Source of the DNA: Kiritimatiellia bacterium
GTDB lineage: Bacteria > Verrucomicrobiota > Kiritimatiellia > RFP12 > JBMNHG01
Assembly (NCBI GenBank): GCA_050950285.1
Contig: JBMNHG010000008.1
Location: 372,001 to 436,000 of the forward strand
Direction of reading: 5' to 3'
Length of the DNA: 64,000 nt
Both the position numbers and the translations under genes were made by a program. Below, piece by piece: positions 1 through 7,775 of the stretch. The notes beneath the pieces were generated by a model that was not told where the DNA came from, did not search any database, and saw only the letters and a list, made by a program, of their open reading frames with translations. The first letter of the stretch is position 1; the number at the start of each line of letters is the position of its first letter.

Positions 1-2
1 GC

Positions 3-1334
3 ACCTACACCCTGGTGGAGACCGACCCCGCCGGCCATGTCTCGACCAGCGCCAACCAGCTTGGCGTCACGGTCGCGTCCGGGCAGGTGTCGGACGGGCA
101 CGTCTTCCTGGATGCGCGGCACGGCAGCATCGGCAGCCTTGTCTGGGAGGATCTGAACGGCAACGGCGTGCAGGATGCCGGTGAGCCGGGCATCTCGAAC
201 GTGGTGGTGCGCCTGACCGATCTCGAGGGCACCTTGATCAGCACCAATGTCACGGATGCGGCAGGCGCCTACGCCTTCACGGACATACCGGCCGGCATCT
301 ACTTCGTGCAGGTCCTGCATCCGGCGGGCTACACCAACACGCTCGCACGCGCCGGCACGGACGACACCACGGACAGCGACGGCGACGAGGCCGGCTGGAG
401 CTGGCCGGTCCAGGTCGGGTCGGGCCAGAATCGCAACGATGTAGACTTCGGGCTCTACCGCCCGGCGCGGCTCTACGGCTATGCCTACCAGGATGCGGAC
501 AATAGCCTGACGCACAACACGGGCGACGGGGCCGCCGACGGGATGCTCGTGCAGCTCTGGCAGGATGGCTTCGAGATCGCCTCGACCAATGCCGCCGCCG
601 ATGGTTACTACGAGTTCGCCGGACTGGCACCGGGAACCTACACGGTGCGCTTTACCTGCGACACCTCGGCCCTGACCGCCATCCCCACGACTGGCAACGC
701 CGCCACCGACCCCGCGCGCAACCGTGCGGTGGCGGTCGGGCCGGACACGGCCACAGCGACCTATCCGCTCTATTCGGGGCATGGCGTCGGCGACGACGAG
801 GGCGAGCCGGTGAATGCCGGCTTCACCGGCACGGGCCCGTCGAATTCGGGCGTCGACCTCCAGGCCTTCCAGGGCGCGGACGGAGTGTATGTCGAGTTCG
901 TGGCCTACGATGTCGAGGAGGACGGCGAAATCACGCTCTTCCTGCTCGACCCCGATGGCAATCCGGTCTGGTACGACTCGTGCGAGGCCAAGGCCGGCGG
1001 AGAGTGCATCTGCCGCTTCCGGGTGCCCGGGCTCGAAGTCGGCTGCGCCTACGACTTCGTGGTGCAAGACGAGGCCGACCAGTTCTGGGAGGCCTGTGGT
1101 GTCGAGGTGAAGCCCTTCTCCGCCGAGATGGTCCGCATGTCGCTGGCGGGCGTGACGCTGCGCTTCGAGAGCCTGCCGGAACGCGAGTACGCGATCCAGT
1201 GGACGCGACGCCTCGGGGATCCCTGGCAGACGGTGGCAAACAACGTGCCGTCGCAGGGCTACCGCACGACGGTCGTCGTGCCGCATCCCGACCGCACCTC
1301 GCCCACGGGCTTCTTCCGCGTTGTCCTGCGGTAG
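3..1334 (+). CDS. Surface/secreted protein with SdrD B-like (Cna-B-type) repeats and F(F/Y)R-type C-terminal domain; 5' end outside window
   Basis: GSIGSLVWEDLNGNGVQDAGEPGISNVVVRL and DSDGD...DVDFG are SdrD_B motifs; ends PTGFFRVVLR; frame open from window start. Confidence 0.85.
   Translation, partial: TYTLVETDPAGHVSTSANQLGVTVASGQVSDGHVFLDARHGSIGSLVWEDLNGNGVQDAGEPGISNVVVRLTDLEGTLISTNVTDAAGAYAFTDIPAGIYFVQVLHPAGYTNTLARAGTDDTTDSDGDEAGWSWPVQVGSGQNRNDVDFGLYRPARLYGYAYQDADNSLTHNTGDGAADGMLVQLWQDGFEIASTNAAADGYYEFAGLAPGTYTVRFTCDTSALTAIPTTGNAATDPARNRAVAVGPDTATATYPLYSGHGVGDDEGEPVNAGFTGTGPSNSGVDLQAFQGADGVYVEFVAYDVEEDGEITLFLLDPDGNPVWYDSCEAKAGGECICRFRVPGLEVGCAYDFVVQDEADQFWEACGVEVKPFSAEMVRMSLAGVTLRFESLPEREYAIQWTRRLGDPWQTVANNVPSQGYRTTVVVPHPDRTSPTGFFRVVLR
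775..1334 (+). repeat. Paralogous 3' segment shared with 7072-7628
   Basis: Long near-identical DNA stretches (e.g. gatgtcgaggaggacggcgaaatcacgctcttcctgctc) at an offset of about 6297 bp. Confidence 0.9.
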
Positions 1335-1426
1335 AGTTTCGCCGCGTCCTCGATGCCGAAGCCTCTTTCGACTGGCTTCGACTCCCTTCGACCCGACATC
1401 GACGCCGCTGTCGACGGGAGTCGCCG

Positions 1427-2122
1427 TCAGTCGCGGGGAGTCGATGGCAAGCCGCGGTCGATCTCGCGGTGCAGCAGGATGGCGCCCGCGCCGACCAGCA
1501 GGTAGCCGAACGACTCCAGCGCCTCCTGGACGATCGTCTTGCAGGGACGATATATGGCGTCATCCCCCATGAAAGACCAGAACAACGTCCCGCTGCCCAG
1601 GGTCCGGCTGAGGACGATCACGACGACCAGCCCGACCTGCACACAGACGAAGGAGCGCGTGCCGGCAAACTCCTCCGCCCCCGGCAGCAGCGTGCTCCGG
1701 ACGCGCAAGGCCCGGAGGATCGCCAGCAGCGCGGCCGCGCTGGCCAGCGGCGCCCATGCGCCATGGAACAGCAAATCATCCAGCAACAGATCCATCTCGC
1801 GGATGAGACAGCACAGGAAGAAGCCGGCGACCAGCCTGTAGAAGCCCCGCCCTTCCGGCCGGCGGCGCGCCGCATGGGCGAACAGCACGACCGAGACCAG
1901 CAGCACCAGCGCCTGGCCACACTCCGTCAACGAACGTTCCCCGAGATAGTTGCCGATGATGAACAGGTCGATGAACACCGTCAACGGCACCGACACGGTG
2001 GCCAGCGCCAGCAGGATCGTGTTTTGGACGGCCCGTTGGAGAGGGGACCCGGGCGGGCGACGGGATGTGTCGGCTCTCATGGCCGCCGCATCCGCTTTCT
2101 TCAGGCGGCGCTCAGTGTCCAT
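1427..2122 (-). CDS. Hypothetical integral membrane protein
   Basis: 231 aa with about 6 hydrophobic segments; start overlaps the end of the upstream FmdB-like gene. Confidence 0.7.
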   Translation of the reverse strand: MDTERRLKKADAAAMRADTSRRPPGSPLQRAVQNTILLALATVSVPLTVFIDLFIIGNYLGERSLTECGQALVLLVSVVLFAHAARRRPEGRGFYRLVAGFFLCCLIREMDLLLDDLLFHGAWAPLASAAALLAILRALRVRSTLLPGAEEFAGTRSFVCVQVGLVVVIVLSRTLGSGTLFWSFMGDDAIYRPCKTIVQEALESFGYLLVGAGAILLHREIDRGLPSTPRD

Positions 2123-2354
2123 GGCAACAGGCGGCTCCGCAGCCGTGTCCGGCGGCGGGGCAGGCCGCCGTGGCCGGGCAGGCGTCGCAGGCCTTGCCGG
2201 CGGCGGTGGCGGTCCGCGCCGCGAAGGTCGAGAGCTGTTTCACGGGATCGGCCGCCCCGCACTTTGCGCAGGCGGTCGGCACATCGGCACGCGTGCGGGA
2301 CAAGTGCTCGAACACATGTCCGCAAGAGGCGCATTGGTATTCGTAGATCGGCAT
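2112..2354 (-). CDS. FmdB-family zinc-ribbon protein with Cys/His-rich tail
   Basis: MPIYEYQCASCGHVFE...CAKCG...KQLS signature; start reassigned to ATG at 2354. Confidence 0.9.
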   Translation of the reverse strand: MPIYEYQCASCGHVFEHLSRTRADVPTACAKCGAADPVKQLSTFAARTATAAGKACDACPATAACPAAGHGCGAACCHGH

Positions 2355-2412
2355 GATTCGTTTTTGTTTTAGGGTTGGGGCAGGGGGTTTGATCTGGCGC
2401 CCGACATCCGCC

Positions 2413-2949
2413 TCAGAAGGCTTGCGGGCCATGTGTTTTCAGGAAGAGCCGGCGGATCCAGCTGTCATCCGCCACCACGCCTTGGTCGATGAGCACACAA
2501 GTCGCCGTGACGAAAATACAGGCAATCAGGCTGCCGACCGCATTGGCGAACCAGAACTTGCGCCGGTCCAGCCCCAGCAGGTAGGAGCCGAAGGCCCCCG
2601 TGTAGGCGCCGGAGCCGGGCAGCGGCAGGCCGATGAAGATCGCCACCCCCCACTCGCCATACTTCTCCACATAAGGGTGCAGCCTTCCCTGGGCGCGCGC
2701 AATGATCGGCCAGATGCGGCGCTCGAACCACCCCCAGCGCCGCAGAAGCCGCTCGACCGGCCCCATGAACCAGAAGACCAGCATGCCCACCGCGATATTG
2801 GCCGCAAGACAGACCACGACCACGAGCGGACGCCCCAAGAGCCCTGCGATCTTCTCGCTGAAATAGCCGACGGGAATCGAGGTGCGCAGCTCCAGCCCCG
2901 GCACAAAAGTCAAGAAGGTCAACCAGAAGATGGCCATCCATGCCTTCAT
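2413..2949 (-). CDS. Small multi-drug export family (COG2426-like) membrane protein
   Basis: PGLELRTSIP and FIGLPLPGSGAYTG motifs; start at MKAW. Confidence 0.85.
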   Translation of the reverse strand: MKAWMAIFWLTFLTFVPGLELRTSIPVGYFSEKIAGLLGRPLVVVVCLAANIAVGMLVFWFMGPVERLLRRWGWFERRIWPIIARAQGRLHPYVEKYGEWGVAIFIGLPLPGSGAYTGAFGSYLLGLDRRKFWFANAVGSLIACIFVTATCVLIDQGVVADDSWIRRLFLKTHGPQAF

Positions 2950-3215
2950 GCGAACATTCCGCTTCCCAAAAACATCGATCAAAGGGTACAATCGGACGGT
3001 ATGCGCAAGCTGGCCGCCTGTGCAACGCCCCGATGTTGAAAAAAACACTAGCGTAAGCGTGTTTGCGGTTGGCGTCAAGCGCGGCTTGGCGTGCACGGCT
3101 GCCGCGGCTGCCGCACGGTTGCTGTCCAAAGCCGACGCATCGGATGGAGCGGAGGACTGGCGCAAGCCATGCGACGGATGCGGTTCTTCGGGCTTTACGA
3201 AAAGATGAGGATGAC

Positions 3216-4070
3216 ATGCGAGACGTTTGGATCGCTTTCGGGCTGACATTGTTCGCGGGACTGGCAACCGGCATCGGCAGCATGATTGCCTTTCTCGCCA
3301 AACGCACCGATTACCGCTTCCTCTCTGTCGCGACCGGGTTTTCGGCGGGCGTGATGCTCTACATCTCGTTCGTGGAGATCTTCGTCAAGGGCAACGAGGC
3401 GCTGGTCGAGCGCTTCGGCGATCCGCTCGGCCACTGGGTCAACGTGGCTTCGTTCTTTGGCGGCATGCTGTTGATCGGGCTGATCGACAACCTCATCCCG
3501 TCCTCCGAAAACCCGCATGAAGTTCACGGCGGAGACGAGATGTGCGCCCTGCGCGAGGGGGCCAAGCAAGCCCCGCACGACGATCCCGGGCACGGCAGGA
3601 AGCTGATGCGCACGGGTGTTTTTACCGCCCTCGCCATCACGATCCACAACTTTCCGGAGGGGCTCGCGACCTTCCTCGCCGCCCTGCAGGATCCCAAGCT
3701 CGGCGCCGCGATCGCGATCGCCGTCGCACTGCACAACATCCCCGAAGGAATCAGCGTCTCCGTGCCGATCTACTACGCCACGGGCAACCGCCGCAAGGCA
3801 TTCTGCTACTCCCTGCTGAGCGGCCTCGCCGAGCCGCTCGGCGCCATCGTCGCCTACCTCGTGCTGCGGCTCTTCGCGGGCGGCGAAAACGGCGCGCTCC
3901 CGCCCGAGATCATGGGCATCCTCTTCGGCGGCGTGGCCGGCATCATGGTCTACGTCAGCCTGGATGAGCTGCTGCCCGCCAGCCGCGCTTACGGCAAGGG
4001 GCACGACAGCCTTTTCGGCGTCGTAGGCGGCATGCTGGCCATGGCCCTCAGCCTCTTGCTGATGCGGTGA
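3216..4070 (+). CDS. zupT: ZIP-family zinc transporter ZupT
   Basis: [41 protein letters not shown] motifs; GAGG upstream of ATG 3216. Confidence 0.93.
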   Translation: MRDVWIAFGLTLFAGLATGIGSMIAFLAKRTDYRFLSVATGFSAGVMLYISFVEIFVKGNEALVERFGDPLGHWVNVASFFGGMLLIGLIDNLIPSSENPHEVHGGDEMCALREGAKQAPHDDPGHGRKLMRTGVFTALAITIHNFPEGLATFLAALQDPKLGAAIAIAVALHNIPEGISVSVPIYYATGNRRKAFCYSLLSGLAEPLGAIVAYLVLRLFAGGENGALPPEIMGILFGGVAGIMVYVSLDELLPASRAYGKGHDSLFGVVGGMLAMALSLLLMR

Positions 4071-4328
4071 TAACGAACGGAAGGCAAACTCTTTGAGAAG
4101 ACAAAGGCCGGCGCGAAGACGACCCTAAAAGAAGGCCGATCCGCCCCCTGCGAGCGCATTTGACATTTTTGGCGTTTTTGTCAAACAAAAATTATTTTTT
4201 TTGAAAAAACGTCTAGACACGTGGCCCGCGATATGGTAAGGTCATCTGTCCTTCTTTGTGCGGGATGTGTTTGGCCGCCCTGTGTTCGACCACCTTTGAC
4301 CACCTTTAGCAGATGGAGGATAGTGCAT

Positions 4329-7300
4329 ATGAAGAGAAACAAACGATATTTGCGAGCGCTTACCCTGGCGTTTTTGACGGTGTGCCTGGCGGTCTCCGCC
4401 CGGACGGTTTCCATGGCTCAGGAGCCCTCCCCGCCGCCTTCCGGCACGCAGTGTGCCGTTTGCCAGTGGCTCTACTTCGCAACCAACTTCAACGCGTTCA
4501 TCTTTGGCGATTTCACCGCCTATGGCGGCGACTGCGAGGCCCGGATCGCGGTCGGCGGCACCACGACCTTCGTGAACGGCTACAGCGTCGGCTATCCCGT
4601 GGCCGGCGAGCCGCTGCCCACCTACACCGACGGCACCACCGACATGCTCATCGTCGGCGGCGACCTCTACGACGGCTACTTCGGCGTCAACGGCAACATC
4701 GTCTACGGCGGCACCCGCTACGGCGGCACCCGCTACATGTCCAACGGCAACCGGGTCTACCACGCCCCCAACATCACCTTCGACGCGGCCGACGGCGGCA
4801 ACGTGTCGCGCAGCGGCACCGGCAAGACGTGGGCCGAACTCTACGCCATTGCCGCGGCGGCCAGCGGCCAGATGGCCGCCTTGGAAGAGCGCGGCGTCGT
4901 GTCGAAGAACTTCACGCAGCGGTACTCCGCTTCCTTGACGGGCTCCGACCCCTCGCTCAACGTCTTCCACGTGAGTGCGCAGGAATGGAGCAAGACATCC
5001 GCCGGATACACCATCGAGGCGCCCGAAGGCTCCACCGTGCTGATCAATATCCACGGCGGCGATGTCGCCATCACCAACGGCGGCATGACCCTCGTCGGCA
5101 TCGAACGCAGCCATGTGATCTTCAACTACGTCGATGCGACCCACGTCTCCACCAAGAGCTTCACGCACGCCGGCTCGGTCCTGGCGCCGTACGCCTCCGG
5201 AACCTTCTCCGGCGGCTCCATCGACGGCTACGCCGTCTTCGGCGGCGATGTCGAGGGCAGCGTCGGCTTCGAGTTCCACAACTTCCCCTTTGGCGCCGCC
5301 TGTTTCGCCTCCCACGACGCGCAGCCCGGCCTCGGCATCCAGAAGCGGCTCGCCGACCCATCCGCCACCCGAATCGAAATCGGCGCCCCGGTGGTGTACA
5401 GTGTCATCGTGACCAACACCGGCTCGACGACGCTCGATCCTGTCGCCCTGGCCGACACCTATCCCGCCGCGCTCCGCTTTGTCGAGGCCTCGTCATCGCC
5501 GACCTTCCATGACGCTGCCGCACGCACGGTGGAGTGGGACAACGTCGGTCCGCTCGCCCCAGGGGACAGCCGCCAGTTCCAATTGACCTTCGAGGCGGTG
5601 GCCGCCACCAACGAGGCGATCAACACCGCTACCGCCACCTATCCGGGCGGATCGCAGAGCGACTCCGCCACCGTCGTGGTCTTCAGCTCCAGCCATGCGG
5701 TCACGAAGACGCTCCTCTCGCCCGGCAGCGGTATCGCCAGCTACGGCGACATCGTCGCATACCGTATCGTGGTGGCCAACACCGGCACGACACGCATCAC
5801 GATGCTTTCGCTGGAAGACACCTATAACGAAAACCACCTCGAATACGTGCCCGGCTCGGCGACGATCGAGCCCGATGGCGCCGGTGCGGGCCTGCTCTTC
5901 TGGGAGAACCTCGCAGTGCCCGGCGGCCTCGGCTCAGGGCAGTCGGTCTCCATCGACCTCGAATTCAAGGTGGTCGGCGCCGGCAATCCGGTCGTCAACA
6001 CCGCCGCCGCCAACGACTCCGTGGACGAGTACGGCAACCCCGTGCCACCCGCCCAGGACGAGGAGGACACGCTCGTGGCCACCGTCGGCCTGATCAGCGG
6101 CCACGTCTGGAACGACCTCGACAAGAACGGGGCCGGCGACGCCGGCGAGCCGCGCCTCGAGGGCGTCGAGATCCGGCTCTACGACGCGGACAGCAATCTG
6201 GTGGCGACCACCACCACGCTGGGCGCCGACGGCTACTACGAGTTCCCCAACCTGCCGGACGGCCACTACACCGTCGTCGAGACCGACCCGCCCGGATACG
6301 CCAGCACCGGCGACACGGACGGGGCCAACGACAACCGGATCCAGGTGACCATTTCCGGCGGCGGCGTCTATCCCGGCAACGACTTCTTCGACTGCCGGCT
6401 CCCCCTCAACCAGTACGCCTCGATCAGCGGTACCGTGTGGCACGATGCAAACTGCAACGGCACGAACGATCTGGGAGAGGCGGGCATCCCGGGCGTGATG
6501 GTCACGCTCTACCAGGACGTCAACGGAGACGGCAAGCTCGACGCTGACGACGTGCCATTGAGCCAGGCCTATACCGACGAGAATGGCTACTATGCCTTCA
6601 ACCGGATTTCCGAAGGCAGCTACATCGTGGTCGAGAGCGACCTGCCGGGCTACGCCAGCACCGGCGACGTGGCCGGCCCGAACGACAACCAGATCCCCGT
6701 GACCGTCAATCCCGGCGACAACGTGACGAACAGGGACTTCTACGACTCCCTGCCGACGTGCTGCCTCTACGGCTACACCTACAAGGACAAGGACATGAGC
6801 CTGACGCGCAACCAGGGCGACGGCGTCTGTTCGGAGGTGCTCGTCCAGGTCTGGCAGAACGACGAGCTTGTGGAGGAAACGACAGTCGACGCCGACGGCT
6901 ACTACGAGTTCCTGAATCTGGATCCGGGATCCTACGAGGTGCGTTTCTTCTGCAACATCGAGGCCCTGACCGACACCCCTGCGTCAAACACCCCCGCCGC
7001 CAGCAACCCCGAGCGTAACCGCGCCGTGGCGTTCGGCACCGCCTACGCCGCCGTGACCTACGACCTCTATGAGGGCCACGGCGTCGGCGACGATCTCGGC
7101 GAACCGGTCAACGCCGGCTTCACGGGCACCGGCCCATCGAGCTCGGGCGTCGACCTGCAGGCCTTCCAGGGTGCGGACGGGGTCTATGTCGAGTTCGTGG
7201 CCCACGATGTCGAGGAGGACGGCGAAATCACGCTCTTCCTGCTCGGCCCCGATGGCAATCCGGTCTGGTACGGCTCGTGCGAAGTCGAGGCCGGAAGCGA

Positions 7301-7628
7301 GTCCATCTGCCGCTTCCGGGTGCCCGGGCTCGAGGTCGGCCGCGCCTACGACTTCGCGCTGCGGGACGAGGTCGGAAACATCTGGAAAGCCTATGGTGTC
7401 GAGGTGAAGCCCTTTTCCGCCGACCTGATCCGCATGACGCTGGCGGGCGTGACGCTGCGTTTCAACAGCCTGCCGGAGCGCGAGTACGCGATCCAATGGA
7501 CGCCGCGCCTTGGCGCGCCGTGGCAGACGGTGGCGACCGTCTTCGCCGAGGGAACGCGCACGACGGTTGTCGTACCCCATCCCGACCGCACGTCGCCCAG
7601 CGGCTTCTTCCGCATCGTGCTGCAGTAG
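4329..7628 (+). CDS. Large secreted/surface protein: choice-of-anchor A domain, two DUF11-like domains, SdrD B-like repeats, F(F/Y)R-type C-terminal domain
   Basis: GGAGGA RBS and signal peptide; FNAFIFGDF..DCEARIAVGG and STVLINI..IFNY..GSVLAP (choice-of-anchor A); YSVIVTNTG/YRIVVANTG (DUF11); GHVWNDLDKNG, GTVWHDANCNG (SdrD_B); ends SGFFRIVLQ. Confidence 0.88.
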   Translation: MKRNKRYLRALTLAFLTVCLAVSARTVSMAQEPSPPPSGTQCAVCQWLYFATNFNAFIFGDFTAYGGDCEARIAVGGTTTFVNGYSVGYPVAGEPLPTYTDGTTDMLIVGGDLYDGYFGVNGNIVYGGTRYGGTRYMSNGNRVYHAPNITFDAADGGNVSRSGTGKTWAELYAIAAAASGQMAALEERGVVSKNFTQRYSASLTGSDPSLNVFHVSAQEWSKTSAGYTIEAPEGSTVLINIHGGDVAITNGGMTLVGIERSHVIFNYVDATHVSTKSFTHAGSVLAPYASGTFSGGSIDGYAVFGGDVEGSVGFEFHNFPFGAACFASHDAQPGLGIQKRLADPSATRIEIGAPVVYSVIVTNTGSTTLDPVALADTYPAALRFVEASSSPTFHDAAARTVEWDNVGPLAPGDSRQFQLTFEAVAATNEAINTATATYPGGSQSDSATVVVFSSSHAVTKTLLSPGSGIASYGDIVAYRIVVANTGTTRITMLSLEDTYNENHLEYVPGSATIEPDGAGAGLLFWENLAVPGGLGSGQSVSIDLEFKVVGAGNPVVNTAAANDSVDEYGNPVPPAQDEEDTLVATVGLISGHVWNDLDKNGAGDAGEPRLEGVEIRLYDADSNLVATTTTLGADGYYEFPNLPDGHYTVVETDPPGYASTGDTDGANDNRIQVTISGGGVYPGNDFFDCRLPLNQYASISGTVWHDANCNGTNDLGEAGIPGVMVTLYQDVNGDGKLDADDVPLSQAYTDENGYYAFNRISEGSYIVVESDLPGYASTGDVAGPNDNQIPVTVNPGDNVTNRDFYDSLPTCCLYGYTYKDKDMSLTRNQGDGVCSEVLVQVWQNDELVEETTVDADGYYEFLNLDPGSYEVRFFCNIEALTDTPASNTPAASNPERNRAVAFGTAYAAVTYDLYEGHGVGDDLGEPVNAGFTGTGPSSSGVDLQAFQGADGVYVEFVAHDVEEDGEITLFLLGPDGNPVWYGSCEVEAGSESICRFRVPGLEVGRAYDFALRDEVGNIWKAYGVEVKPFSADLIRMTLAGVTLRFNSLPEREYAIQWTPRLGAPWQTVATVFAEGTRTTVVVPHPDRTSPSGFFRIVLQ
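7072..7628 (+). repeat. Paralogous 3' segment shared with 775-1334
   Basis: Both encode GHGVGDD.GEPVNAGFTGTGPS.SGVDLQAFQGADGVYVEF...PHPDRTSP.GFFR.VL. Confidence 0.9.
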
Positions 7629-7775
7629 GGTGGGGGTGGGGGCGGCGAGCCGCACACGCCCATCGGGTGTTTCGATAGAATCGAATGAATCGATTCGCTC
7701 GATTCTATCGGCCCATCCCGTCTGTGCCGCTTCCGATGCGCCGTCGGGCCTGCGGTTTCCGCGGTTTGCAGTCGA

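Noticed and set aside
1345..1420. TTCGAC recurrences at about 10-bp spacing between convergent genes
   Set aside because: Only three regular units, degenerate, and not seen elsewhere in the window.
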